The notes below the pieces were generated by a model. The model was given only the letters and a program-made list of their open reading frames with translations, did not search any database and was not told the origin of the DNA. From Macrostomum lignano (lineage: Eukaryota), in contig NIVC01001690.1 of assembly GCA_002269645.1 (NCBI GenBank), forward strand, positions 72,537-136,536: 64,000 bases of DNA. Direction: 5' to 3'. Each line of letters opens with the position of its first letter. Positions within the stretch are counted from its first letter, which is position 1. Positions 19,754-32,758 of the stretch are shown here, piece by piece. The translations under genes were made by a program, and so were the position numbers.

Positions 19754-20333
19754 GCATGGTCAGATGTGACGCACTTTCAGACTGATTGACTATACGGAGT
19801 ATAAGATGTCAGCTCTAAAAGAAACCCGAGTCGCGTTAGAACTTACTGTCTCCAAGGTCGCGTCGGTTTTTTCGCTCCATATGGCTCGATTTTGTGCTCG
19901 CGCGAGTGCGAGAGCCTTCTTTGCTTGCTTCTGTTTGGAGAGTAACAAACCGGCAGGTGGTCAGGCGTGTTGCTTTGCTTTTTTAAATAGCGCCGTCCAC
20001 TGCTCCCCTACCCTCGCCTCCGCAGCGGCGGCTGCTTTAACTTTTAGTGTAAGAGAATGAATGCAAAGACGCCAGATGTCTCAGATGCTGCTATTTTGTT
20101 AGAAGTCTTCATAATAAAGCTTGAGGGCATTTGCCGGAGAGGGCAGAGTAAGGGGCAAGTGAGTCCAACCATTAATTGAACAAATTCCTGAAATCCATGA
20201 ATTGAATCTTGCCTGCGTGGGCTACGGGGCGGGACACAATAGGCATGCAAGCAGCAAAAACTTGCAGTTGGCATCGTTTTGAGCAATTAAACGCTATTCT
20301 CCATTCAAATAGTATTAAAGCCAAATATTCCAT

Positions 20334-23300
20334 TTAATTCTTTTGCGCTTCTCTCATTGTGACGTCTGCCGCAGGGACTCTTCGCCGTTCACGTGGCTGC
20401 GAGCTGGGCAGAGAAGATACAAATCCAGCAATACGAGTAGAGTTTTTGCTAGAGAGAAATGGAAGCTCAGAGGCCATTGAGGCGAGTTCACTCAGCCGTG
20501 ACTGGGCCACTTCGGGTAAGAAGCGGCCTCTGCGAGGTAGAACGGTGCGAGTCATTCAGTGCGCAGATATTTGTGAGCACTTGATCAGCTCTTATGTGTA
20601 TATGTGTACATACATATATACGCATATCAACGTGTTCTTAAAACGAAAATGAACTTTCAAACTTGCAGGTTGGGCGACTGAACCGCGGTCTCTTCCTGTT
20701 CATATCTAAATGAGCAATTTTCATTAGATGAAAAGTAAATTACATTTTACATCGAGTGGTCATTGTTAATGTAGTGGAGTCATCATAGTTGTACATAGTG
20801 TTATCGCGTGTGGAGTGGAAGATACGGCGGTAGTGAGTCATCCTGGATGTACATATCCGGCTGGCTAGTTAGTTATCGTGTGCAAAGTGTGGAAGATACG
20901 GCGGTAGTGAGTCATTCTGGATGTACATATCCATCTGGCTAGTTAGTTATCGTGTGCAAAATGTGGGAGATACGGCGGTAGGGAGTCATCCTGGATGTAC
21001 ATATCCATCTGGCTAGTTAGTTATCGTGTGCAAAATGTGGGAGATACGGCGGTAGGGAGTCATCCTGGATGTACATATCCATCTGGCTAGTTAGTTATCG
21101 TGTGCAAAGTGTGGAAGATACGGCGGTAGGGAGTCATCCTGGATGTACATATCCATCTGGCTAGTTAGTTATCGTGTGCAAAGTGTGGAAGATACGGCGG
21201 TAGTGAGTCATTCTGGATGTACATATCCATCTGGCTAGTTAGTTATCGTGTGCAAAATGTGGGAGATACGGCGGTAGGGAGTCATCCTGGATGTACATAT
21301 CCATCTGGCTAGTTAGCTATCGTGTGCAAAGTGTGGAAGATACGGCGGTAGTGAGTCATCCTGGGTGTACATATCCATCTGGCTAGTTAGTTATCGTGTG
21401 CAAAGTGTGGAAGATACGGCGGTAGTGAGTCATCCTGGGTGTACGTATCCATCTGGCTAGTTAGTTATCGTTTGCAAAGTGTGGAAGATACGGCGGTAGT
21501 GAGTCATCCTGTGTGTTCGTATCCATCTGGCTAGTTAGTTATCGTGTGCAAAGTGTGGAAGATACGGCGGTAGTGAGTCATCCAGCGCGTACGTATCCAT
21601 CTGGCTAGTTAGTTATCGTGTGCAAAGTGTGGAAGATACGGCGGTAGTGAGTCATCCTGTGTGTACGTATCCATCTGGCTAGTTAGTTATCGTGTGCAAA
21701 GTGTGGAAGATACGGCGGTAGTGAGTCATCCAGCGCGTACATATCCATCTGGCTAGTTAGTTATCGTGTGCAAAATGTGGGAGATACGGCGGTAGGGAGT
21801 CATCCTGGATGTACATATCCATCTGGCTAGTTAGTTATCGTGTGCAAAGTGTGGAAGATACGGCGGTAGTGAGTCATTCTGGGTGTACATACGAGATAAG
21901 GTATAGTGAAGCCATCCAGAGCGTACATATCTGGCTAGCTGGGTGACAGACCAGCAATCACAGAAGACATTGATAAACCAATAATGCGTCGGGTTTGCAC
22001 TCAATTAAATCAAATAGTTTCACGTGAAGCAAGACATGAATTGCAAGAGACTGAGTGCTACTCTAAATCTACTTATTTAGTGTTTAAAAATACCCCATTT
22101 CGTAATCAAATTATATATTTTTAAAAGTTACCCTTTTCATTGCTTATAGCGTTAAAAGGTGGATAACTTTTGAAAATATGAAACTGAGTACGAGCTGACA
22201 GACACACCAGGGCACAGACTTGCCTATTGTATTTATTAATAGTTTGGATATAATTAATAGTAACAAAACGCATCGGGCACAGATATTTTCAAGACTGACT
22301 TTAGTAATAAATACTGCACTCGAGCTCACATGTAAACAGGCCTGGAAAATGTCACAAATTTAGTGCCAGATGCGCGCTTAACACTACTTGCTTTAGTAGT
22401 TGCACTCAACGCAGTTGAGGCCTTCGGCCGGGATGCGACTTCGATGGCCGACAGACTCGAAGTTGCTGGCTGCTTCTTGGCTGCGCCTCTCTTTTTGACA
22501 GTTTTCTTCTTCTGCTGCTGCGGCTCAGCTTGCTTTTGCTTTTCTTTCTGCTGCCGCAGTTTCTGCAACTTCGGCTGTTCTGATTTCTGCTTTTTACAAG
22601 CCGCAGACGACGCCTGCTTCTTTGACGGACGCGGCAGAGGCACCAGGCTTTGAACTGCTCGGGCTTTCTTGAAAATCCTCGGCTTCATCAGAGAGGCTGA
22701 GACGCCCTGTTTGACTTTCGTTGCCGATGGCTCCCTGGAGGATGAGAATTGGGAAAATATGTCCGTGGGTTCGTTATACTACGCACGGAAATGACATTAA
22801 TTTTTGAGGTTCCTAGTGGTTCTTACGATTTCTGCACAGCTTTTTTACCGGATTTTTTACACTTTTTCTCCTACTGACAGCAAAAGTTTTAGAAATTGTT
22901 AGCTTACCTTTCTTTGAAAGCCGTTATTTTAAATTGAGATTTTTTGGGCAAAAATAATTAAATAGATGTACTACTAGTACCGGCTACTTGGTTGGGGTAC
23001 CTGGTGCCTACTGCATGGGTATCCAGTGGGTTGGATATATTAGCTGCAGTAGGAGAGAGGGAGAGAGGGAGGGAGAGAGGAGGAGAGGGGGGAGGAGAGA
23101 GGGAGGGAGAGAGGAGGAGAGGGGGGAGGAGAGAGGGGAGGAGAGAGAGGGAGAAAGAGTGGGGGAGAGAGGGAGAGGGAGAGGGAGAGGGAGAGGGAGA
23201 GGAAGAGAAAGGGGGAGCAAGGGGCAGAGAGGGCGGGAGAGAGAGGGGGAAAGAGAGGGGAGAGAGAGGGGGAGAGAGAGGGGGAGAGAGAGGGAGAGAG

Positions 23301-26300
23301 GAGTAACGGATCAACGCTTTTTGTCAAACTTCAGTTTTTCATTTTCAACGGAATTGGCTGCAAAAAAGTTTCTTTTTTTCATTTCAACGCTTTTACCACT
23401 AACGGAGATTATTTTTGTAACGCTGGCCAACTCTGATAGCTCCTCAGCTCACCCCGAGTGTGCTGGACTATTGACTCTAGCCTGCTGCTCCTGGACTTCT
23501 TGGGGTGAAAACTTCGGCATTTTCTGCTTTTGCTTCCGACTCTTCCAGAAAACTGGGGGTGGAATGAGCACCCGTTCGGAGTCGCCATAGAGTTGGTTTC
23601 TTAGGCTGCTCAATTGAGACTGGAGAATCAGCTGATCCGATGCCGGCGCTTCATCCGATGCTGATGCTGCCGCTGAAAGGCTAAGGATAGACAGGGCTAC
23701 TTAGATCACGGAGAGCTAAGGATGGACAGGCTACTTACGGTCGATCAAGGAGTGCTAAGGATGGACGGGGCTACTTACGAATCAAGGAGTGCTAAGAATG
23801 GACATGGCTGCTTACATCAAGGATTGCTAAGGATAGACAGGGCTACTTAGATCAAGGAGTGCTAAAGATGGACAGGGCTACTTACGGTAGATCAAGGAGT
23901 GCTAAAGATGGACAGGGCTACTTACGGATCAAGGAGTGCTAAGAATGGACATGGCTGCTTACATCAAGGATTGCTAAGGATAGACAGGGCTACTTAGATC
24001 AAGGAGTGCTAAGGATGGACAGGGCTACTTACGGTAGATCAAGGAGTGCTAAAGATGGACAGGGCTACTTACGGATCAAGGAGTGCTAAGAATGGACATG
24101 GCTGCTTACATCAAGGATTGCTAAGGATAGACAGGGCTACTTAGATCAAGGAGTGCTAAGGATGGACAGGGCTACTTACGGTAGATCAAGGAGTGCTAAA
24201 GATGGACAGGGCTACTTACGGTAGATCAAGGAGTGCTAAAGATGGACAGGGCTGCTTACGGTAGATCAAGGAGTGCTAAAGATGGACAGGGCTACTTACG
24301 GTAGATCAAGGAGTGCTAAAGATGGACAGGGCTACTTACGGTAGATCAAGGAGTGCTAAAGATGGACAGGGCTACTTACGGTAGATCAAGGAGTGCTAAA
24401 GATGGACAGGGCTACTTACGGTAGATCAAGGAGTGCTAAAGATGGACAGGGCTACTTACGGTAGATCAAGGAGTGCTAAAGATGGACAGGGCTACTTACG
24501 GTAGATCAAGGAGTGCTAAGGATGGACATGGCTGCTTACATCAAGGATTGCTAAGGATAGACAGGGCTACTTAGATCAAGGAGTGCTAAAGATGGACAGG
24601 GCTACTTACGGTAGATCAAGGAGTGCTAAAGATGGACAGGGCTACTTACGGATCAAGGAGTGCTAAGAATGGACATGGCTGCTTACATCAAGGATTGCTA
24701 AGGATAGACAGGGCTACTTAGATCAAGGAGTGCTAAAGATGGACAGGGCTACTTACGGTAGATCAAGGAGTGCTAAAGATGGACAGGGCTACTTACGGTA
24801 GATCAAGGAGTGCTAAAGATGGACAGGGCTGCTTACGGTAGATCAAGGAGTGCTAAAGATGGACAGGGCTACTTACGGTAGATCAAGGAGTGCTAAAGAT
24901 TGACAGGGCTGCTTACGGTAGATCAAGGAGTGCTAAAGATGGACAGGGCTACTTACGGTAGATCAAGGAGTGCTAAAGATGGACAGGGCTACTTACGGAT
25001 CAAGGAGTGCTAAGAATGGACATGGCTGCTTACATCAAGGATTGCTAAGGATAGACAGGGCTACTTAGATCAAGGAGTGCTAAAGATGGACAGGGCTACT
25101 TACGGTAGATCAAGGAGTGCTAAAGATGGACAGGGCTACTTACGGATCAAGGAGTGCTAAGAATGGACATGGCTGCTTACATCAAGGATTGCTAAGGATA
25201 GACAGGGCTACTTAGATCAAGGAGTGCTAAAGATGGACAGGGCTACTTACGGTAGATCAAGGAGTGCTAAAGATGGACAGGGCTACTTACGGTAGATCAA
25301 GGAGTGCTAAAGATGGACAGGGCTGCTTACGGTAGATCAAGGAGTGCTAAAGATGGACAGGGCTACTTACGGTAGATCAAGGAGTGCTAAAGATGGACAG
25401 GGCTGCTTACGGTAGATCAAGGAGTGCTAAAGATGGACAGGGCTACTTACGGTAGATCAAGGAGTGCTAAAGATGGACAGGGCTACTTACGGTAGATCAA
25501 GGAGTGCTAAAGATGGACAGGGCTACTTACGGTAGATCAAGGAGTGCTAAAGATGGACAGGGCTACTTACGGTAGATCAAGGAGTGCTAAAGATGGACAG
25601 GGCTACTTACGGTAGATCAAGGAGTGCTAAAGATGGACAGGGCTACTTACGGTAGATCAAGGAGTGCTAAAGATGGACAGGGCTACTTACGGTAGATCAA
25701 GGAGTGCTAAGGATGGACATGGCTGCTTACATCAAGGATTGCTAAGGATAGACAGGGCTACTTAGATCAAGGAGTGCTAAAGATGGACAGGGCTACTTAC
25801 GGTAGATCAAGGAGTGCTAAAGATGGACAGGGCTACTTACGGATCAAGGAGTGCTAAGAATGGACATGGCTGCTTACATCAAGGATTGCTAAGGATAGAC
25901 AGGGCTACTTAGATCAAGGAGTGCTAAGGATGGACAGGGCTACTTACGGTAGATCAAGGAGTGCTAAAGATGGACAGGGCTACTTACGGTAGATCAAGGA
26001 GTGCTAAAGATGGACAGGGCTGCTTACGGTAGATCAAGGAGTGCTAAAGATGGACAGGGCTGCTTACGGTAGATCAAGGAGTGCTAAAGATGGACAGGGC
26101 TGCTTACGGTAGATCAAGGAGTGCTAAAGATGGACAGGGCTACTTACGGTAGATCAAGGAGTGCTAAAGATGGACAGGGCTACTTACGGTAGATCAAGGA
26201 GTGCTAAAGATGGACAGGGCTACTTACGGTAGATCAAGGAGTGCTAAAGATGGACAGGGCTACTTACGGTAGATCAAGGAGTGCTAAAGATGGACAGGGC

Positions 26301-29300
26301 TACTTACGGTAGATCAAGGAGTGCTAAAGATGGACAGGGCTGCTTACGGTAGATCAAGGAGTGCTAAAGATGGACAGGGCTGCTTACGGTAGATCAAGGA
26401 GTGCTAAAGATGGACAGGGCTACTTACGGTAGATCAAGGAGTGCTAAGGATGGACATGGCTGCTTACATCAAGGATTGCTAAGGATAGACAGGGCTACTT
26501 AGATCAAGGAGTGCTAAAGATGGACAGGGCTACTTACGGTAGATCAAGGAGTGCTAAAGATGGACAGGGCTACTTACGGATCAAGGAGTGCTAAGAATGG
26601 ACATGGCTGCTTACATCAAGGATTGCTAAGGATAGACAGGGCTACTTAGATCAAGGAGTGCTAAGGATGGACAGGGCTACTTACGGTAGATCAAGGAGTG
26701 CTAAAGATGGACAGGGCTACTTACGGTAGATCAAGGAGTGCTAAAGATGGACAGGGCTGCTTACGGTAGATCAAGGAGTGCTAAAGATGGACAGGGCTGC
26801 TTACGGTAGATCAAGGAGTGCTAAAGATGGACAGGGCTACTTACGGTAGATCAAGGAGTGCTAAAGATGGACAGGGCTACTTACGGTAGATCAAGGATTG
26901 CTAAGGATAGACAGGGCTACTTAGATCAAGGAGTGCTAAAGATGGACAGGGCTACTTACGGTAGATCAAGGAGTGCTAAAGATGGACAGGGCTACTTACG
27001 GATCAAGGAGTGCTAAGAATGGACATGGCTGCTTACATCAAGGATTGCTAAGGATAGACAGGGCTACTTAGATCAAGGAGTGCTAAGGATGGACAGGGCT
27101 ACTTACGGTAGATCAAGGAGTGCTAAAGATGGACAGGGCTACTTACGGTAGATCAAGGAGTGCTAAAGATGGACAGGGCTGCTTACGGTAGATCAAGGAG
27201 TGCTAAAGATGGACAGGGCTACTTACGGTAGATCAAGGAGTGCTAAAGATGGACAGGGCTACTTACGGTAGATCAAGGAGTGCTAAAGATGGACAGGGCT
27301 GCTTACGGTAGATCAAGGAGTGCTAAAGATGGACAGGGCTACTTACGGTAGATCAAGGAGTGCTAAAGATGGACAGGGCTGCTTACGGTAGATCAAGGAG
27401 TGCTAAAGATGGACAGGGCTACTTACGGTAGATCAAGGAGTGCTAAAGATGGACAGGGCTACTTACGGTAGATCAAGGAGTGCTAAAGATGGACAGGGCT
27501 ACTTACGGTAGATCAAGGAGTGCTAAGGATGGACAGGGCTACTTACGGTAGATCAAGGAGTGCTAAGGATGGACATGCTGTGGACAGACCCCGGGGATAG
27601 GGCTAGTGGTTCTCACTGGAGCACTGAACTCACCCGTGAGTTTTGCCGGCACTGTCAACTGAGCCCAGCTGTCTGTCGATGCTCTCAGCAGGAAATTTCG
27701 GCATCATCAAAGCTGGTTTTCTGTCAGTCGAGGACCAACCATTGTCTCCGTAGATTTGCTTTCTCAATCTGCTCAACTGAGACTGGAACACCAGCTGGTC
27801 CCAGGCTGCCGTTTCATCCACCTCGCCAGAATCCATCACTGTGGACGAGTCTGACGGAGTCGCCGACTGAGTTGTTGTCGTCTGGAGCTGCTCCACCTGT
27901 CTACGGGGACCTGCCGCGCCAGATGCTGGCACCGCGGCTGAGCTGAAGTCTGCGCAGCAAAAACCGTCCAAGGTTCCTGCCGCTTCGAGGTCCGGCAGCC
28001 AGGGCTCGATGCAATGAGTTGAAACTGTGTTGTATGAGTAGCCTTCGCTGTCTTTGCTGGACTCGGCTGCTGATTGGGAATATTTCGGGTTAATGGGCGC
28101 GGTGAGGCGCGGTGAGTAAAAGGAGGACAGGCCGAAGGCTTGCGAGAATAATTAAAGAGTAAAGAGGGGAGTGAAAGGGGATTGGAAAACGTCAAAATAT
28201 TTTTGATGACCTGTAAAAAGAAGCAGAACTTTTTAGTGAACTTTAAGCTTCCTGGAATAAAAACCGGAATTCTAAGAAATACTGCGTTTCTAAGAAAAGA
28301 AACTAAGTTTATAAAAAAACTGAGTTTCTGAGAAAAGAAACTTTGTTTCTAAGAAGAAACGGGGTTTTTAAGAAGAAACGGGGTTTCTAAGAAAATAAAC
28401 TGGGTTTCCAAGAAAGGAAACTAGATTTTTAAGAAAGAAACTGGGTTTCTAAGAAAGAAACTGGGTTTCTAAGAAAAAAACTGGGTTTCTAAGAAAGAAA
28501 CTGGGTTTCTAAGAAAGAAACTGGGTTTCTAAGAAAGAAACTGGGTTTCTAAGAAAGAAACTGGGTTTCTAAGAAAGAAACTGGGTTTCTAAGAAGGAAA
28601 CTGGGTTTCTAAGAAAGAAACTGGGTTTTTAAGAAAGAAACTGGGTTTCTAAGAAAGAAAATGGGTTTCTAAGAAGGAAACTGGGTTTCTAAGAAAGAAA
28701 ATGGGTTTCTAAGAAGGAAACTGGGTTTCTAAGAAAGAAACTGGGTTTCTAAGAAAGAAACTGGGTTTCTAAGAAAGAAACTGGGTTTCTAAGAAGGAAA
28801 CTGGGTTTCTAAGAAAGAAACTGGGTTTCTAAGAAAGAAACTGGGTTTCTAAGAAAGAAACTGGGTTTCTAAGAAAGAAACTGGGTTTCTAAGTAGAAAC
28901 GGGGTTTCTAAGAAAATAAACTGGGTTTCCAAGAAAAGAAACTGGGTTTCTAAGAAAATAAACTGGGTTTCCAAGAAAAGAAACTGGGTTTCTAAGAAGA
29001 AAAATGAGTTTCTAAGAGAAGAAACTAGATTTCTAAGAAGGAAATTGGGTTACTGAGAAATAAACTGGTGCCACGACTCTCATGCCACGACCCCTGGTTC
29101 GTTTCGTGCGCGGCCCTACATTCATTGGGGGCTTGGCTTGGCTTGGCTTGATGCCTGATGATTACAAGCCATAATCCTCCTGCAGTTTTTATTATCAGTA
29201 TTAATATCGTGATACTTAACCACTGCGAGTAAATAACTGTTGCTGCTGCTGCTCTTGCTGCTTCTGTTGCTGAAGCAAACGCAGAGACGGCTCTGGCATC

Positions 29301-32300
29301 AGGCACGACTTTTTGATCTGCTCACACGGCTGACTCGCCTTCAGCCCAGCTGCGTCTCCAGCTGCGGTCACAGCCACCGAAGGAAGAGTCTTCGTCACCT
29401 TCGAAGAATCCTTTGTGTCGCCGGACACCAGAGGCGCGTTGTCCGTGTTGTTGACGTTGTTTCCGCTCCTGTCTGTTTGCCGCCTTCTAGAAGCTTGCCG
29501 ACTCTGCTGGACAATGCTGACAGACTCTGTGGATGCTGACTGGGTGCATTCTTCATCATCTGTGCTGCACCGACGGCCGAGATGTCGGCTGGTGCCGAAG
29601 CTTCGTGTTGGACTAAGCGACTGGAAAAGAATTGCAAGTCCATATTGAGATTGAGACTGAGATTGAGACTGAGATTGAGATTGAGATTGAGATTGAGATT
29701 GAGACTGAGATTGAGATTGAGATTGAGACTGAGATTGTAATTGAGATTGAGATTGAGATTGAGATTGAGATTGTGATTGAGACTGAGATTGAAATTGTGG
29801 TTGAGACTGAGATTGAGATTGAGATTGAGATTGAGATTGAGATTGAGATTGATATTGAGATTTAGATTGAGACTGTGATTGAGACTGTGATTGAGACTGA
29901 GATTGAGATTGAGACTGAGATTGAGAATGAGATTGAGATTGAGATTGAGACTGAGATTGAGATTGAGATTGAGATTGAGATTGAGACTGAGATTGAGATT
30001 GAGACTGAGATTGAGACTGAGATTGAGATTGAGATTGAGATTGAGATTGAGACTGAGATTGAGATTGAGATTGAGACTGAGATTGTAATTGAGATTGAGA
30101 TTGAGATTGAGATTGAGATTGTGATTGAGACTGAGATTGAAATTGTGATTGAGATTGAGATTGAGACTGAGATTAAGATTAAGATAGAAGGTCGAAAGGC
30201 CGCAGAGCTAACCTCTGAACCATCAGGAACATCCCCGGAAGTATCCGTGGACTCGGTGCTGGAATCATTGAGACTTTGCTCTTCGCTCTCTGAGGCGGTG
30301 TCCAGTGCTCGCAGCGGTTCAGAAAACGATATTCGACTTCCCGTGTTGGTCGCCCTGCGCCGCTGCAGCGGGCTGCTCAAGGAGGCTGGATGGCTGGCCA
30401 CAGTTACTTTGATGAGGCAGGACCGACCGCTGGGTCTGGGAGCAGCTTTGCTGCTTTTGCTCTGCCTCTGCGTGGGTGCCGCGGGAGTCGGGGTTAGGAT
30501 ACAGATGATGGGATCCATGTTGTATAAATTTTGTCACCTGTTAGATAGATTGTTTTTCTGTTAAACTTTTCACGTATTAGACAGGATGCTATCTGTTACA
30601 CAATGATGTCACCTATTACACAGAGGTGTCACCTGTTACACAGTGATAACACCTATTACACAGAGGTGTCACCTGTTACACAGAGGTGTTACCTGTTACA
30701 CAGAGGTGTCACCTATTACACAGAGGTGTCACCTATTACACAGAGGTGTCACCTGTTACACAGTGATAACACCTATTACACAGAGGTGTCACCTGTTACA
30801 CAGTGATAACACCTATTACACAGAGGTGTCACCTGTTACACAGAGGTGTTACCTATTACACAGAGGTGTCACCTGTTACACAGTGATAACACCTATTACA
30901 CAGTGGTGTCACCTGTTACACAGAGGTGTTACCTGTTACACAGAGGTGTCACATGTTACACAGAGGTGTCACCTGTTACACAGAGGTGTCACATGTTACA
31001 CAGAGGTGTCACATGTTACACAGGGGTGTCACCTGTTACACAGAGGTGTCACATGTTACACAGAGGTGTCACATGTTACACAGAGGTGTCACCTGTTACA
31101 CAGAGGTGTTACCTGTTACACAGAGGTGTTACCTGTTACACAGAGGTGTCATCTGTTACACAGGGGTGTCACCTGTTACACAGGGGTCTCACCTGCTACA
31201 CGGAGGTGTCACCTGTTACACACAAGTTTCACCTGTTACACAGAGGTGTCACCTGTTACACACAGGTGTCACCTGTTACACAGAGGTGTTAGATACTCAC
31301 AGAGTCGCTTTCCTTTACCCGCAGCTTCACGCGAGGCGGTGTCGCAGTCTCCGTGTCTGAAGCTCCATCGCCGGTCGCATCTGAATCTGCAGCCTCCGCC
31401 GTGGCCTCAGTGGCCGTCAGTTGGTCGGAGAGATTTTTTACAATTTTCATTGTCAAGTCAATCAAGCAGGTTTTCTTGATGTCGCTGTGACTTTCCGTGA
31501 GGCTGTCGATTTTGCTGTAACCTCCCTGACTCAGCCAACTCGAGAAGTCGTCGCTTGCGTCCTGCAATTGATGCGGCTGATTTGGGAATTAAAGAGCCTG
31601 GATAATTATTCATGGTTACACAGCAGGGAATCGCTCCATCATTTAAAAGGGAATTGCTCAGCTGTTTGATGGGGAATTGCTCAGTTGTTTAATAGGGAAT
31701 TTCCCAATTGTTTATTGTGGAATTGCTCAGTTGCTTAGTGGGGAATTGCTCAGTTGTTTAATGGGGAATTACTCAGTTGTTTAATGGGGAATTGCTCAGT
31801 TGTTTATTGGGGAATTACTCAGCTGTTTGATGGGGAATTGCTCGGTTGTTTAATGGGGAATTGCTATGTTGTTTATTAGGGAATTACTCAGCTGTTTTAT
31901 GGGGAATTGCTATGTTGTTTATTAGGGAATTACTCAGCTGTTTAATGGGGAATTGCTCAGCTGTTTAATGGGGAATTGCTCAGCTGTTTAATGGGGAATT
32001 GCTCAGTTGTTTAATGTGGAATTTCCCAGTTTTTTATTGGGGAATTGCTCAGCTGTTTAATAGGGAATTACTCAGCTGTTTGATGGGGAATTGCTCAGCT
32101 GTTTAATGGGGAATTGCTCAGCTGTTTAATGGGGAATTGCTCAGTTGTTTAATGGGGAATTACTCAGCTGTTTGATGGGGAATTGCTTAGTTGTTTATTG
32201 GGGAATTACTCAGCTGTTTGATGGGGAATTGCTTAGTTGTTTATTGGGGAATTACTCAGCTGTTTAATGGGGAATTGCTCAGTTGTTTAAGGGGGAATTG

Positions 32301-32505
32301 CTCAGTTGTTTAATGGGGAATTGCTCAGTTGTTTAAGGGTGAATTGCTCAGCTGTTTAACCAATGGAAAAAAAGTGAAAAGTCAGTGAATTTCTGCCAAG
32401 CCAACAGACAGAATTAAATACCTTGACAGATGACACGCCTGTAGAATTGCAGTGGCAACTATCATTCCGTTTAAACAAGCCGGCCTCTCTGCGGCTTAAC
32501 TCCAT
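20334..32505 (-). CDS. Uncharacterised multi-exon low-complexity (S/T/A/Q/K-rich) protein
   Basis: Phase-compatible exons 32422-32505, 31301-31561, 30467-(~30190 or continuing through the repeat), 29221-29620 (one -1 frameshift), 27634-28069, 23453-23680, 22330-22734, 20334-20529. No known domain recognised. Confidence 0.7.
20806..21892 (+). repeat. 74-bp minisatellite, ~15 copies
   Basis: Period 74 measured (GATACGGCGG at 20821, 20895, 20969). Confidence 0.95.
23050..23305 (+). repeat. GA-rich low-complexity tract
   Basis: Read directly. Confidence 0.9.
23681..27580 (+). repeat. ~3.9-kb satellite of 40-bp units with 35-37-bp variants and higher-order blocks
   Basis: Unit GGTAGATCAAGGAGTGCTAAAGATGGACAGGGCTACTTAC; fills almost the entire intron 23681-27633. 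Confidence 0.95.
28300..29060 (+). repeat. 20-bp minisatellite (AAGAAAGAAACTGGGTTTCT)
   Basis: Read directly. Confidence 0.95.
29645..30180 (+). repeat. (GAGATT/GAGACT)n hexamer repeat
   Basis: Read directly. Confidence 0.95.
30590..31292 (+). repeat. 20-bp minisatellite (ACAGAGGTGTCACCTGTTAC)
   Basis: Read directly. Confidence 0.95.
31635..32360 (+). repeat. 23-bp minisatellite (GGGGAATTGCTCAGCTGTTTAAT)
   Basis: Period 23 measured. Confidence 0.9.
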
Positions 32506-32758
32506 GCCTTTCAGAGCAAATCCTCGCCCTATAATATTTCGGTTGCTTCTGCAGCAAAAGCAGACTTTAATCGTCTATTGACTTTTGAATTTTTGTTGTC
32601 TATGGAAAATAGGGAAATTATTGAAATCTATAAACTCTAAATAAGTACCATGGTATAAAGTCTAGCTTTATGCTTGAAGTTTGACGATATCCTGGTTAGG
32701 AACTAATTTCGTTTTGTCTTCCATTCCGAACACTGTGTCCTTCAGAACTGGGCAGAAA

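Noticed and set aside
19800-20300. K/A-rich minus-strand reading between the unknown gene and TGase
   Set aside because: Interrupted by stops and no convincing splice sites; probably UTR or intergenic.
20806-27580. Regular repeat arrays resembling CRISPR
   Set aside because: No unique spacers, no cas genes, eukaryotic introns; these are tandem satellites.
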